Origin: an uncultured Acidobacteriota bacterium
GTDB lineage: Bacteria; Acidobacteriota; UBA6911; RPQK01; JAPXNP01
Direction of reading: 5' to 3'
DNA length: 64,000 bases
NCBI GenBank assembly: GCA_963777605.1
Contig: CAVZRV010000010.1
Span: forward strand, 192,001-256,000
Shown here: positions 19,830 through 30,048 of the stretch, piece by piece
Numbering within the stretch: position 1 is the stretch's first letter
Layout of the letters: the number at the start of each line of letters is the position of its first letter
Position numbers and translations under genes: made by a program
Notes under the pieces: generated by a model
Told to the model about the DNA's origin: nothing
The model's input: the letters and a program-made list of their open reading frames with translations, nothing else
The model's database searches: none

Positions 19830-20822
19830 ATGAAAAGACTTGCCTTTATCGCGGCGTTCCTGCTCACCATCGCTCCCTCCCATGCGCAGGAAAAGCAGAT
19901 CGAAGAAAAGAAGTCGAAACCTGCAGGCGAGGCGGCAATCCGGATGCAGGTTCAGCAGGTCCGGGTCGACGTCACGGTTCGAAACAAGGACGGGAACCTG
20001 ATCACCGGGCTTCAGAAAGAGAACTTTTCGGTATTCGAAGACAAGGTGCAGCAGGAAATCACCTATTTCGAGCCTGTAGAGGCTCCCATGACGGTCGTTC
20101 TCGTGACCGAGTACAGCAACGCCGTTCTCTCCTGGGAAGTCCTCTACGAAGCGATTATGGCCTCCTATACATTCGTGGATCAGATGCGACAGGGGGACTG
20201 GGTTGCCGTCATAGCTTACGACATCAAGCCCGAAATCCTGGTGGACTTCACCCAGGACCGGTCGGAAGTCTTGAATTCCCTCAGGAAATTGAACTTTCCG
20301 GCCTACCGGGAGAGCAACCTCTACGATACGGTCTACGACACCCTCGACCGGATCCAGGAGCTAGACCAGAAGACGGCGATTGTCCTCTTGACCAGTGGTA
20401 TCGACACGTTCAGCAAGAAGAATCTCGGGGAGATCCTCGACCGCGTAAAGGATTCCAATTCACCGATTTACGCGGTCAGCCTCGGCGGGAACCTCAGGGC
20501 CAGGGCTGAACAGTACCTGGGGCCTATCACGCGGCTCGACTACTATCAGGCCGATGCCACGCTGAAAGCGTTTGCGAAGTACACCGGAGGGGAGTCCTTC
20601 TTCCCCCGTTTCCTTGCTGAATTTCCCGGCATCTTTCAAACCATTGCCGCGATGCTGCGGACCCAATACTCCCTCGGGTACGTTTCGACCAACAGCAAGA
20701 AGGACGGGAAGTATCACAAGATCAAGGTTGAGGTAAACGCCGACGCCGACGGGAACGGAAAACCGGACAAGTTTAAGGTAAACCACCGCGAAGGCTATTA
20801 CGCCGAGAAGGCCGGAGACTGA
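19830..20822 (+). CDS. Exported VWA-domain protein, acidobacterial type (paralog 3, degenerate MIDAS)
   Basis: Signal peptide from ATG 19830; DVTVRNKDG..ITGLQKENFSVFED, ESNLYDTV, TSGIDTFS, LRTQYSLGY, HREGYYA. Confidence 0.85.
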   Translation: MKRLAFIAAFLLTIAPSHAQEKQIEEKKSKPAGEAAIRMQVQQVRVDVTVRNKDGNLITGLQKENFSVFEDKVQQEITYFEPVEAPMTVVLVTEYSNAVLSWEVLYEAIMASYTFVDQMRQGDWVAVIAYDIKPEILVDFTQDRSEVLNSLRKLNFPAYRESNLYDTVYDTLDRIQELDQKTAIVLLTSGIDTFSKKNLGEILDRVKDSNSPIYAVSLGGNLRARAEQYLGPITRLDYYQADATLKAFAKYTGGESFFPRFLAEFPGIFQTIAAMLRTQYSLGYVSTNSKKDGKYHKIKVEVNADADGNGKPDKFKVNHREGYYAEKAGD

Positions 20823-20840
20823 AACGGGGATTCCGGGCGG

Positions 20841-21980
20841 CTATCGGCCCGGAGAAACGTGCACGTCTTCGGGAACCGCACCCACTTCGATCGGCAACTG
20901 CTCGATGATTTCGATTTCAAAGCCCTCGAGCCCGGATAGACGTTTCGGGTGGTTGGTCAGTAACCGCACTTTGTGAATCCCGAGATCGGCAATAATCTGG
21001 GCTCCCACGCCGTAATCCTTGAACGTCACGTGCTCGGACCTGGGCCGCCCTCCCTTGATGCTCTCGATCTCATTCATCACGAGGGCATCACGATCGGCCG
21101 AGCACAGGTAGACCACCGCCCCGCGTCCTTCCTGATTGATACGCTCCATGCTCATCCGGAGTTCGTTGCAGGGCTCCAGATGGAGCCCCCCGAATGCATC
21201 TGACAGCAGGGATTCAGCGTGTACTCTCAACAGCACCGGTTCATCGCCGCGACAGTCCCCCTTGATAAGGGCAAAGTGACGATGCTGGTCAAGGCCGCTT
21301 TCATAAACCACGAGGTCGAATTCCCCGGACTCGGTTTTCAGGGGAACACGTTCAAGCCGGCGGATAAACCGTTCGGTTCTAAGCCGGTACTTGATCAGGT
21401 CGACCACGGAAATGATCCGAAGATCGTGCTCGGCAGCGAACTGGTTCAGGTCCTTCATGCGGGCCATCGTGCCGTCCTGATTCATGATTTCACAGATCAC
21501 TCCGGCCGGGGCCATCCCTGCCATCCGCGCAAGATCGACCGCAGCCTCTGTCTGGCCGGCACGCTCCAGGACGCCTCCGTCCCGAGCCCGAAGGGGAAAG
21601 ACGTGCCCGGGCCGGATCAAGTCCTCCGGCTTGGTGGAAGGGTGAATCGCCGTCAGGATGGTCATGGCGCGGTCTGCTGCCGAAATTCCGGTGGAAACGT
21701 TCTTCCGGGCCTCAATGCTGACGCAGAACGCGGTGCCGTGAACCGACTCGTTGGTCACCACCATGGAAGGAATCCGCAACTCGTCCAGGCGGGCCGCGGT
21801 CATCGGCAGGCAGATCAGTCCCCGTCCGTGCGTCGCCATGAAGTTGATTGCTTCGGGGGTGACTTTCTCAGCGGCCAGCGTCAGGTCGCCCTCGTTCTCG
21901 CGATCTTCCTCGTCGACGACAACGACCATCTTGCCGGCACGAATATCTTCAATGGCGGCCTCAACCGTAGAAAAATCCAT
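20841..21980 (-). CDS. ribB: DHBP synthase fused to a degenerate GTP cyclohydrolase II domain (RibBX-type)
   Basis: [39 protein letters not shown]; C-terminal RVHAES..., [14 protein letters not shown]; AGGAG SD before ATG 21980. Confidence 0.93.
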   Translation of the reverse strand: MDFSTVEAAIEDIRAGKMVVVVDEEDRENEGDLTLAAEKVTPEAINFMATHGRGLICLPMTAARLDELRIPSMVVTNESVHGTAFCVSIEARKNVSTGISAADRAMTILTAIHPSTKPEDLIRPGHVFPLRARDGGVLERAGQTEAAVDLARMAGMAPAGVICEIMNQDGTMARMKDLNQFAAEHDLRIISVVDLIKYRLRTERFIRRLERVPLKTESGEFDLVVYESGLDQHRHFALIKGDCRGDEPVLLRVHAESLLSDAFGGLHLEPCNELRMSMERINQEGRGAVVYLCSADRDALVMNEIESIKGGRPRSEHVTFKDYGVGAQIIADLGIHKVRLLTNHPKRLSGLEGFEIEIIEQLPIEVGAVPEDVHVSPGR

Positions 21981-22038
21981 GGAGTGTCCGTCTCCTGTAG
22001 GTGAAAAACCGGGATTATACCCGAATGCGGCCCTCAGT

Positions 22039-22662
22039 TCACTTAATCGGGGGCAACTGCTTGATCCAGCGGAGGTTGTTCCTCTGTCCGGTTGCAACCC
22101 GGAGGAGTTCTTCGTGGTAGTACGGGGTCTCAAAGCGAATGAGCAGCGGGTTCTCCGCATCGTCCAGCACCGTCCACACTCCTTTGCGGCTGTCTTTGAT
22201 CGTGACCACCGGAACCTGCATTTCTTCCTTGTTGACCACGACGGAAGCAGTGCCCTTGCCTTCCAGCTTGAGTTTTGCGGCGATGTTGTTCAACTTCACC
22301 TTGACCTGCTGCCCGTCGGCAAGCGCTTCGAAGAGCTCCCGCGGCAGCCATTTGGTCATGATGTCATCCGATTCGTGATCAATTCCGGGCTCGAACAGAC
22401 CCGCCACGGTCAGATTGGGAGCTCCTGAAACCGCTTTGGAGTGAAGGTGGACAGTTCCCTGGTGACTGACCGATTCCCACTCCAGTACGATATCCGGCCG
22501 GAACCGGCCAAGACGAATGATGAACTGGCTCGGCTCGTCACCCGAGACATTCTCGTAGACCAGCACCGTTCCTTCCCCGAATTCGAGGGGAGAGGCCAGC
22601 GCAACTGGGAGGCTATGAAGCCCCAGCCACATCCATAAAGCGCTGCACATGAGTTTCCACAT
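22039..22662 (-). CDS. Hypothetical exported protein
   Basis: 207 aa ORF between ribE and ribB, co-oriented, signal-peptide-like N-terminus, beta-rich body. Confidence 0.7.
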   Translation of the reverse strand: MWKLMCSALWMWLGLHSLPVALASPLEFGEGTVLVYENVSGDEPSQFIIRLGRFRPDIVLEWESVSHQGTVHLHSKAVSGAPNLTVAGLFEPGIDHESDDIMTKWLPRELFEALADGQQVKVKLNNIAAKLKLEGKGTASVVVNKEEMQVPVVTIKDSRKGVWTVLDDAENPLLIRFETPYYHEELLRVATGQRNNLRWIKQLPPIK

Positions 22663-23224
22663 ACTTGCTCACCAAGTCGGCTTCGAGATTCACCCGGCTT
22701 CCCACCTGAAGGTCGGATAAATTCGTGACTTCCCACGTGTGCGGAATGATGGCAACTTCGAAGAAGCCATCACCCAGGCCTGAAATCGTCAAGCTGATCC
22801 CGTTGACCGTCACACTTCCCTTGATCACACAATATCGGCGTACCGAGACGGGAACTGAAAATCGAAATATCCAGGAATTCCCTTCCTCAATTATAGACAG
22901 AACGGTCCCGGTGCCATCGACGTGCCCCTGGACGAGGTGACCACCCAGGAAGTCGGTCAGCCGAAGGGCCGGCTCAAGGTTGAGCGCGTCTCCAGCCTGC
23001 TTGTCGCCGAGATTGGACCGACGCAGCGTTTCCGGCGTGGCGTCAACCTCCACCCAGTCGTCGCCTTTATCGACGACGGTCAAACAGACTCCGTCCACAC
23101 TGATGCTCGCCCCCTCAACCAGGTCGCGAACCAGGGCTCCGACCGAGAATCGGATCGTGGAGCCTTCCTGCGCCTGCCTGACTTCGCGGATCTCACCTTT
23201 TTCCTGAACAATGCCGGTGAACAT
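22613..23224 (-). CDS. ribE: Riboflavin synthase alpha chain
   Basis: MFTGIV N-terminus, GASISVDGVCLTV, GGHLVQGHVDG, KGSVTVNGISLT, IIPHT. Confidence 0.96.
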   Translation of the reverse strand: MFTGIVQEKGEIREVRQAQEGSTIRFSVGALVRDLVEGASISVDGVCLTVVDKGDDWVEVDATPETLRRSNLGDKQAGDALNLEPALRLTDFLGGHLVQGHVDGTGTVLSIIEEGNSWIFRFSVPVSVRRYCVIKGSVTVNGISLTISGLGDGFFEVAIIPHTWEVTNLSDLQVGSRVNLEADLVSKYVETHVQRFMDVAGAS

Positions 23225-23232
23225 GACGCTCC

Positions 23233-23964
23233 TTACCTTCGTTTTGCCCGGGCTGCGCCGGCGGCACGTTTGAGGCGTTGCAGTTCCCGCTCGGTCAGGT
23301 GCCGCCATTGTCCGGGCAACAGCGATCCCAGTTCAATCGGCCCGATCGACATCCGGCGCAGTTTCAAGACGTAGCAGCCGACGTTTTCGAACATCCGCCG
23401 GATCTGCCGGTTTCGTCCCTGTTTCAAGACAACCTGATACCACACATTGTTACCCGGCTTGAAAAGATGAATTTCGCAGGGAGCAAAAACCTCGCCACTC
23501 TCAAGGCGGAGGCCTTTTCTCATTCGCTCCAACTGCGGTTCTCCGGCTTTCCCGGAGATCTTCACGCGGTACATCTTGCGGATGACGCCCGCGACCGTGA
23601 CCTTGCGGACCAAAGCGCCGTCATTGGTCAAGAGCACCAGCCCTTCGCTCTCGAAATCGAGCCTTCCCGCCGGATAGAGTCGAAACCGACTCTTTACATA
23701 GTCGGTCACGACGGGACGGCCCTCGGGATCGGACACCGCACTGATAACCCCCCGCGGCTTGTTGAGGATCAGGTACTCGAGGGGTTCCGGCTGAAGCAGG
23801 CGCCCCTTGACCCTGATGTGATCGTGGCCTGAGTCGGCCTTGGCGCCGAGTTCGGTGATCACGTTGCCATTGACGGTTACCTGACCGGCAACAATTAACG
23901 CCTCGGCTTTTCGCCTCGACGTGATGCCGGCCCGGGCTATGATTTTCTGAAGACGCTCCTGCAT
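23233..23964 (-). CDS. rluB: rRNA pseudouridine synthase, RsuA/RluB family
   Basis: S4 domain ERLQKIIARAGITSRRKAE, NKPRG, GRLD, GRNRQIRRM; start set to 23964 because 23979 overlaps a -10 box. Confidence 0.92.
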   Translation of the reverse strand: MQERLQKIIARAGITSRRKAEALIVAGQVTVNGNVITELGAKADSGHDHIRVKGRLLQPEPLEYLILNKPRGVISAVSDPEGRPVVTDYVKSRFRLYPAGRLDFESEGLVLLTNDGALVRKVTVAGVIRKMYRVKISGKAGEPQLERMRKGLRLESGEVFAPCEIHLFKPGNNVWYQVVLKQGRNRQIRRMFENVGCYVLKLRRMSIGPIELGSLLPGQWRHLTERELQRLKRAAGAARAKRR

Positions 23965-24032
23965 ATGATCAGGGATCATTGTAGCATCCGGCCCCTCAGC
24001 CGGACGCCTTGCCCTTTCGGGCGTTCTGTCCG

Positions 24033-24605
24033 CTAATCGGCTGCTTCTTCCGAGGCGGGGGCAAGCGTAGAATCGGCGTTGACCAGTTCCTCGAATTCCT
24101 CGAGGGAGGGCAACTCGGACAGTTCACTCAGCCCGAAATGGATCAAGAATTCGCGCGTGCTTCCGTACATGATCGGACGGCCGACGACCTTCTTCCGTCC
24201 ACGAATCTCGATCAGTTTCTTTTCGAGCAGTGTCTTGATCGTCGAGGACCCTTTGACACCGCGGATCTCCAGGATCTCGGGCAATGTGATCGGCTGCTTG
24301 TACGCGATCACCGCCAGCGTCTCCAGTGCCGCCGGGGAAAGTCTCGCCGAGGGCCTCGTCTTTAGATACTCCCGAATCACCTCGTGCCGCTCCGCCCGCG
24401 TGGTGACCTGGTAACCGCTGGCGACTTTCCGGATCTCCAGGGCGTCCTGCAGGGTGTTGAATTGGCTCGTCAGGACCTGAAGCTGCTGCTCGATCTTCGC
24501 CACGTCCTGTTCTGGAAAAACGGCCGTCAACTGCCCCGCGGTCACCGGATCCGATGCCGCAAACAGAATCGCCAGCAGGTCGTTGGCGAAGGTGTCCTTC
24601 AACAT
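24033..24605 (-). CDS. scpB: SMC-Scp complex subunit ScpB
   Basis: AILFA, LSPAALETLAVIAYKQPIT, IRGV, GRPIMYGST..FL..FGL. Confidence 0.95.
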   Translation of the reverse strand: MLKDTFANDLLAILFAASDPVTAGQLTAVFPEQDVAKIEQQLQVLTSQFNTLQDALEIRKVASGYQVTTRAERHEVIREYLKTRPSARLSPAALETLAVIAYKQPITLPEILEIRGVKGSSTIKTLLEKKLIEIRGRKKVVGRPIMYGSTREFLIHFGLSELSELPSLEEFEELVNADSTLAPASEEAAD

Positions 24606-25321
24606 GCGACGATCCTGATGTCCTCGAAGGCCTCGTCCTGGAACAACCGGACCTCGTGCAAGCGAGCCATTTCCAGGAGGGCGAAAAAGGTAAACACGAG
24701 TTGCAGCTTGGAGATTCGCTCCCGGAGAAAGAAGGAGAAGAGCAATTCTCGACGGACCGAGAACAGGTTCCGGAGTTCCACGAGCTTCTGGTCCAGCGAC
24801 ACCGTTTCGTGCTCGACATGAATGACGATCTGGTCGCGGTAACGCTCGACAATGCGATGAAAGGCGTGGACGAGATCGAACACGGTCACGGCAACTGCTT
24901 CCTGCTCCTCCGTTTCGAACTCCACCAGGCCCCGACCCCAGATCGAGTCCGCAATCACCTGACGGTCATGCAGGAGCCCGGCCGCCTTCTTGAAGCGCTC
25001 GTGCTCGAGAAGGCGATCGACCAGCTCCTGACGCGGATCTTCCGGATCACCATCTTCCGGATCGGTTGGGTCGGGAGGGAGGAGCGTGCGCGACTTGATG
25101 TAGATCAGGGTAGCCGCCATCAGAACGAACTCGCCGGCCACCGAGATGTCCAGGTCCTTCATGATCTCGAGATACTGGAGGTACTGGTCCGTGATCCGGG
25201 CGATCGGAATGTCGTAAATGTCGATTTCCTGAGTCCGGATCAGGTGCAGCAGGAGGTCCAGCGGCCCCTCGAAGATTTCGAGATTGACCTGGTAATCGGG
25301 AGATCTGACGGCGGTAGCCAT
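24599..25321 (-). CDS. scpA: SMC-Scp complex kleisin ScpA
   Basis: FEGPLDLLLHLI, IPIARITDQYL, AGEFVLMAATLIYIKSRTLLP, TFFALLEM. Confidence 0.96.
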   Translation of the reverse strand: MATAVRSPDYQVNLEIFEGPLDLLLHLIRTQEIDIYDIPIARITDQYLQYLEIMKDLDISVAGEFVLMAATLIYIKSRTLLPPDPTDPEDGDPEDPRQELVDRLLEHERFKKAAGLLHDRQVIADSIWGRGLVEFETEEQEAVAVTVFDLVHAFHRIVERYRDQIVIHVEHETVSLDQKLVELRNLFSVRRELLFSFFLRERISKLQLVFTFFALLEMARLHEVRLFQDEAFEDIRIVAC

Positions 25322-25324
25322 AAG

Positions 25325-26311
25325 CTAATATTTTAGCCGCATCGCCTGACGTACCTCATCCATGGTCTGCGCTGCGATCCCACGGGCTTTCTGGCTCCCG
25401 TCCCGCAGGATGTCGATCACGCCGCCCTTGTCGGCCACCAACTTCGAGCGCTTTTCATAGATGGGTTCCATCACCGGGAGGAGGTTCTCGAGAAGCCTCT
25501 TCTTGCAGTCCACGCAGCCGATTCCGGCAGTCGTACACCCTTCCCGCACCCAGGCACACCCTTCTTCGTCGGTAAACACCTTGTGAAGATCGTAAACCCG
25601 ACACTTGGAGGGATCACCCGGGTCGCTGCGCCGAATCCGGGCAGGGTCCGTGACCATTGGAAGGATCTTCTTCCGGATCGAGGCGGGGTCTTCCCCCAAT
25701 TGAATCTCGTTGCCGTAGGACTTGCTCATCTTGCGACCGTCTACCCCCGGAAGCCGGGGCGACATCGTCAATCTCGGCTGAGGTTCAGGGAACACGGGAC
25801 CATACAGGTAGTTGAATCGTCGGGCAACCTCCCGGCACAGCTCAATGTGGGAAACCTGGTCCTCACCCACCGGAACGACCTCACCCTTGTAGACGAGAAT
25901 GTCGGCCGACTGCAGCACCGGATAGCCGAGAAAGCCGTAGGTAGAAAGATCCTTTTCCTTGAGCTGAATGATCTGCTCCTTGTAGGTGGGCACCCGCTCC
26001 AGCCAGGGTATGGGCACGAACATGGAGAAAAGAAGGTGGAGTTCCGCGTGCTCGGGAACCAGCGACTGGATCATCAGCGTGCTCTTCTCCGGGTCCAACC
26101 CGGCGGCAAGCCAGTCAAGCGCGATCTCGGTGACACTTTCGTTGATTCCACGCACGTCCTGGTACTCGGAAGTCAACGCGTGCCAGTCCACGATTCCGAA
26201 GATGCAGTCGAACTCCTCCTGCATCGGAACCCAGTTCGCCAAAGCTCCTACAAGATGGCCAAGATGCAGCCGCCCGGTTGGGCGCATTCCGCTAAATACC
26301 CGTTTCTTCAT
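25325..26311 (-). CDS. trpS: Tryptophan--tRNA ligase
   Basis: SGMRPTGRLHLGH, YPVLQSADIL, VPVGEDQ, KMSKS. Confidence 0.97.
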   Translation of the reverse strand: MKKRVFSGMRPTGRLHLGHLVGALANWVPMQEEFDCIFGIVDWHALTSEYQDVRGINESVTEIALDWLAAGLDPEKSTLMIQSLVPEHAELHLLFSMFVPIPWLERVPTYKEQIIQLKEKDLSTYGFLGYPVLQSADILVYKGEVVPVGEDQVSHIELCREVARRFNYLYGPVFPEPQPRLTMSPRLPGVDGRKMSKSYGNEIQLGEDPASIRKKILPMVTDPARIRRSDPGDPSKCRVYDLHKVFTDEEGCAWVREGCTTAGIGCVDCKKRLLENLLPVMEPIYEKRSKLVADKGGVIDILRDGSQKARGIAAQTMDEVRQAMRLKY

Positions 26312-26322
26312 CGTCACTTACT

Positions 26323-26964
26323 TCAGTATGAAAGATTACTCACCACGCTCAGGACCGGCCCCAGGATCACCCGGAAGGCGCCAGTGTACAGAAGGACAAC
26401 CAGGAGAACAAAACCGTAAGGCCGAATCGCCTGAAAAATTCCGGTGAGAGGCCTCGGAAGGAGTCCTTCCAGAATCCAGCTGCCGTCCAGCGGAGGAATC
26501 GGGAGAAGGTTGAAAACGGCGAGGATGACGTTGAGGTAGACACCGACCTCAAAGAACCCGAGCAGGGTCCGGGTCGGCGTCCCGAGCGGACCGCCTGCGG
26601 CGAATAACAGACAAAGCCGGAGCCCGACCAGGAACACAGCCGCCGCCATAAGATTGCTGACCGGCCCGGCCGCAGAGATCAGGATATGAGCCCTTCTCGC
26701 GTCCCTGAGGTTAGCCAGGTTGACCGGAACCGGCTTGGCCCAGCCGAACATGATTCCCCCGGCCAGCATGCCAATCAACGGAAAGAGGATCGTTCCGATC
26801 GGATCGATGTGTGGAAGGGGGTTCAGCGATACGCGGCCCATCAACCTCCCAGTCGGATCACCCAACCGATCCGCCATCCAGGCATGGGCCGATTCATGAA
26901 GGCTCAATGAGAAGAGCAGAACGGCCACACTTGCGACGATTTCCGGTATATCGATCCCTCCCAT
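26323..26964 (-). CDS. Site-2 protease (M50) family membrane peptidase
   Basis: HESAH, GDPT, NPLPHIDP, GWAKPVP, AGPVSN, FNLLPIPPLDG. Confidence 0.93.
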   Translation of the reverse strand: MGGIDIPEIVASVAVLLFSLSLHESAHAWMADRLGDPTGRLMGRVSLNPLPHIDPIGTILFPLIGMLAGGIMFGWAKPVPVNLANLRDARRAHILISAAGPVSNLMAAAVFLVGLRLCLLFAAGGPLGTPTRTLLGFFEVGVYLNVILAVFNLLPIPPLDGSWILEGLLPRPLTGIFQAIRPYGFVLLVVLLYTGAFRVILGPVLSVVSNLSY

Positions 26965-27047
26965 TACGTTGGGGATCATAGCACAGGCCAGAAATCGGGC
27001 CGCCGGTGCATCGCCTAACTTGCGTTCCTATATAATAGGTCGGAATC

Positions 27048-27851
27048 ATGGGCGGTATTCTGTTCAACGCAGCATTCGGATTCTACGTGGTGGGACTTTT
27101 CCACAGCGGCCTGGCGTTTCTCTCGAGGCGCGAAATCTTCGTTCGGGTCGCTCTTTACTCCGTGACCTTCGGCTTCGTATTCCACACCATCTTCCTGATC
27201 TATCGTGGCTTCGAGAAGTCCTTTTTCCCGCTGGTGGGCATGAGGGAGTCTCTCGCGTTCTTTGCCTGGACGGTAATCCTCTGTTTCCTGATTGCCCAGT
27301 TCAGGTACAGGATTCGCGCACTTGGAGTATTCCTTCTGCCCCTGGTTACCGTCCTGATGCTCAGTACGGTGTTCATCAAGGCTTCTCCTATTCCGGAGAT
27401 TCTGAGGAGTTCCTGGGTTTACTTTCATTCGACCTTCCTCTTCCTTGCCTACGGGATGTTCCTTGTCACGTTCGTTGCCGGAATCCTCTATCTGCTCCAG
27501 GAGCGGGAACTCAAACGCAAGAAACCACGCACCTTCTACTACCAGCTTCCCTCGCTGAGCGCGCTCGACGACCTTTTTCTGAAGTTCCTCATCTGGGGCT
27601 TCGTTTTCATGACGGCAGGTTTGATCGTCGGGTTGATCTGGGCTGAACGAGACTGGGTGGGAGGCTGGACGAAAGATCCCAAGGTGATCGCAGCCATGGC
27701 AACCTGGGGAATCTATCTTGTGCTGCTCTACCTGCGGCTCGCGTTCGGGTGGCGGGGCCGTCGCGCCGTCCTGATCAGCATGATTGGAGTGATCTCCATT
27801 CTGGTGACCTTCCTGGGAGTCAGTTTTCTGGGAGGGCAGCACAGCTTTTAG
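27048..27851 (+). CDS. ccsA: CcsA/HemX-like cytochrome c biogenesis membrane protein
   Basis: About 8 TM helices, conserved His, LPSL..LD, GLIWAE...DPK, GWRGRR; first gene of the hem operon. Confidence 0.85.
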   Translation: MGGILFNAAFGFYVVGLFHSGLAFLSRREIFVRVALYSVTFGFVFHTIFLIYRGFEKSFFPLVGMRESLAFFAWTVILCFLIAQFRYRIRALGVFLLPLVTVLMLSTVFIKASPIPEILRSSWVYFHSTFLFLAYGMFLVTFVAGILYLLQERELKRKKPRTFYYQLPSLSALDDLFLKFLIWGFVFMTAGLIVGLIWAERDWVGGWTKDPKVIAAMATWGIYLVLLYLRLAFGWRGRRAVLISMIGVISILVTFLGVSFLGGQHSF

Positions 27852-27853
27852 CC

Positions 27854-29119
27854 ATGGACGTGTTTCTCGTCGGACTCAGTCACAAAACGGCACCGATTGA
27901 ACTTCGGGAGCGACTGGCCTTCAAGGAAGAGGCGGTTCCGTCGGCCCTCTCCCTCCTGCGGAGCGAGTTCGGCTTCGAAGAAGCTCTTATCGTTTCAACC
28001 TGTAACCGGGTTGAAATTCTCGGCGCCGGCGCCAAACGTCCTGACGGCCTCCCTGAACTCCGTGAGTTTCTGTGCAGGTTCCACGAAGTAGAGGCGCCCC
28101 AGCTCAACGGACACGTTTACACCTTTGCCCGGGAAGACTTGGTTCGACACCTTTTCCGCGTTGCATCCAGCCTGGATTCGATGGTGGTGGGCGAGGCCCA
28201 GATCCTGGGCCAACTGAAGCAGGCTTTCGTGCTCTCGGAAAACGTCGGGTCCGCCGGCTACTTCCTGCGCCGCCTGCTTCCCCACGCTTTCTTCGTTGCC
28301 AAGCGGGTACGCAACGAAACCTCGATTGGCAAATCGGCCGTCTCGGTCAGTTCGGTGGCAGTCGAACTGGCGAACAAGATCTTTGGGCAACTCGACGGCA
28401 AGACGGTCCTGCTGCTCGGTGCAGGCAAGATGAGTGAACTTGCGGCGCGGAGTCTTCTCAAGTCGGGAGCGAGCAAGATCCGTGTCGTCAATCGGACGAG
28501 AGCCCGCGCCGAACAGGTGGCCGCCGAGTTCGAGGGCGAGGTGGGGGACTTCGAGCACCTCGAGGATGAGATGGTTCGTTCCGATATCATCCTGGTATCC
28601 ACCGGTGCCGACCGATACGTTGTTACCCGCGAACTGGTGGACCAGGCCGTCCGGCGGCGGCGTTACGACCCGATCTTTCTGATCGACATCTCGGTTCCAC
28701 GCAACGTCGATCCCAGGGTCAACGAAATCGAGACCGCCTTCAGCTACGACATCGACGACCTGCAGTCGGTTGTCGAGTCCAATATGGAAGATCGTCAGCA
28801 GGAGGCCGAGCTCGCCGAGCAAATCATTCAGCAGGAGGTACACAACTTCGCCCTCAGCCTCCAGCACCGCCAGATCGGCCCCCTGGTCCGCTCATTCCGG
28901 CACAGGCTGGAGGAGATCTGTCTCGACGAGCTTGGCAGAGAGCGGGATTCGCTCAGCGAAGCCGACTACAAACGCATGGAGCGCACGATGCTGCGTGCCG
29001 CTCACAGAATTGCACATCCACTACTGGTTCAGATCAAGAACGCGAACCGGAATCCAGACCTGCGGACCACTCCCGCCGACGTCATTGCGGAAGCGTTTGA
29101 GCTCGAGGACGACGAATGA
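27854..29119 (+). CDS. hemA: Glutamyl-tRNA reductase
   Basis: GLSHKTAPIELRE, STCNRVE, SLDSMVVGEAQILGQ, GAGKM, DISVPRNV. Confidence 0.97.
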   Translation: MDVFLVGLSHKTAPIELRERLAFKEEAVPSALSLLRSEFGFEEALIVSTCNRVEILGAGAKRPDGLPELREFLCRFHEVEAPQLNGHVYTFAREDLVRHLFRVASSLDSMVVGEAQILGQLKQAFVLSENVGSAGYFLRRLLPHAFFVAKRVRNETSIGKSAVSVSSVAVELANKIFGQLDGKTVLLLGAGKMSELAARSLLKSGASKIRVVNRTRARAEQVAAEFEGEVGDFEHLEDEMVRSDIILVSTGADRYVVTRELVDQAVRRRRYDPIFLIDISVPRNVDPRVNEIETAFSYDIDDLQSVVESNMEDRQQEAELAEQIIQQEVHNFALSLQHRQIGPLVRSFRHRLEEICLDELGRERDSLSEADYKRMERTMLRAAHRIAHPLLVQIKNANRNPDLRTTPADVIAEAFELEDDE

Positions 29120-30048
29120 ACTCAATCACCATCGGATCAAGAGGAAGTGCCCTTGCTCTTGCCCAGACAAATCACATGGCCCGCATGCTCGGGGTCTTGA
29201 ACCCCGAGTTCAAAGTGTCGGTCAAGGTTATCCGAACCACGGGCGACAAGATGACTACGGCCTCGCTGGCCCAACTGGCAAATGAAACCAAGGGGCTCTT
29301 CGTCAAGGAAATTGAAGATGCCCTGCTCGAAGGGACGGTCGATCTGGCGGTCCACAGTCTTAAAGACCTCCCGACCGAACTGCCGCCCGGCCTCGTGGTT
29401 GGATCCGTACCTGAACGTGAAGATCCCCGGGATGCCCTGATTGGAAGGGAACCGTGGGCCTCTCTGGAGGAGCTTCCGCAGGGCGCGCGCGTAGGCACGA
29501 GTTCACTTCGCCGCCAACTGCAACTCGAGCACTGGCGCCCCGACGTCAAGGTCTTGCCAATTCGGGGAAACGTCGACACCCGGATCCGCAAGCTTGAAAC
29601 CGAGGGCCTCGACGCCATCCTCCTCGCCGCGGCAGGCCTGAACCGGCTCGGCCTTGCCGAGAAGGCGACGTTCATGTTTCCGGTGGACCGCATGGTGCCG
29701 GCCATCGGCCAGGGTGCGCTGGCGATCGAGTGCCGCGAGAAAGACGAGGTCGTCCGGGAGTTGCTCGCACCGCTCGAAGACCCGGAGACCCGGCTCGCGG
29801 TAACTGCCGAACGCCTGTTTCTGGCAGCGATGGGCGGCGGGTGCCAGGTTCCGCTGGGGGCCCACGCGGTCGTCGGGGGCGGGAAAGCCCATTTTTCGGC
29901 TTTCATGGCGAGCCCCGCCGGAACATGCGTCCTTCAGGAATCGATCGAGTGTGCGGCCGAAGAACTGAACGAAACCGCTCGTTCGCTGGCAAATGCTTTC
30001 AGGGCCAATGGCGGCGACGCAATCCTGGCGGAAGTAGGCATTCATTGA
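29116..30048 (+). CDS. hemC: Hydroxymethylbilane synthase
   Basis: GSRGSALALAQ, KGLFVKEIE, VHSLKD, GTSSLRR, RGNVDTR, GGCQVP. Confidence 0.97.
   Translation: MNSITIGSRGSALALAQTNHMARMLGVLNPEFKVSVKVIRTTGDKMTTASLAQLANETKGLFVKEIEDALLEGTVDLAVHSLKDLPTELPPGLVVGSVPEREDPRDALIGREPWASLEELPQGARVGTSSLRRQLQLEHWRPDVKVLPIRGNVDTRIRKLETEGLDAILLAAAGLNRLGLAEKATFMFPVDRMVPAIGQGALAIECREKDEVVRELLAPLEDPETRLAVTAERLFLAAMGGGCQVPLGAHAVVGGGKAHFSAFMASPAGTCVLQESIECAAEELNETARSLANAFRANGGDAILAEVGIH

Noticed and set aside
21981-23232. FMN riboswitch upstream of the rib genes
   Set aside because: Spacers are only 8-60 nt and lack RFN consensus sequence
24000-24031. GCCC-GAAA-GGGC hairpin after scpB
   Set aside because: Short stem with no U-tract; not enough to call a terminator or RNA element
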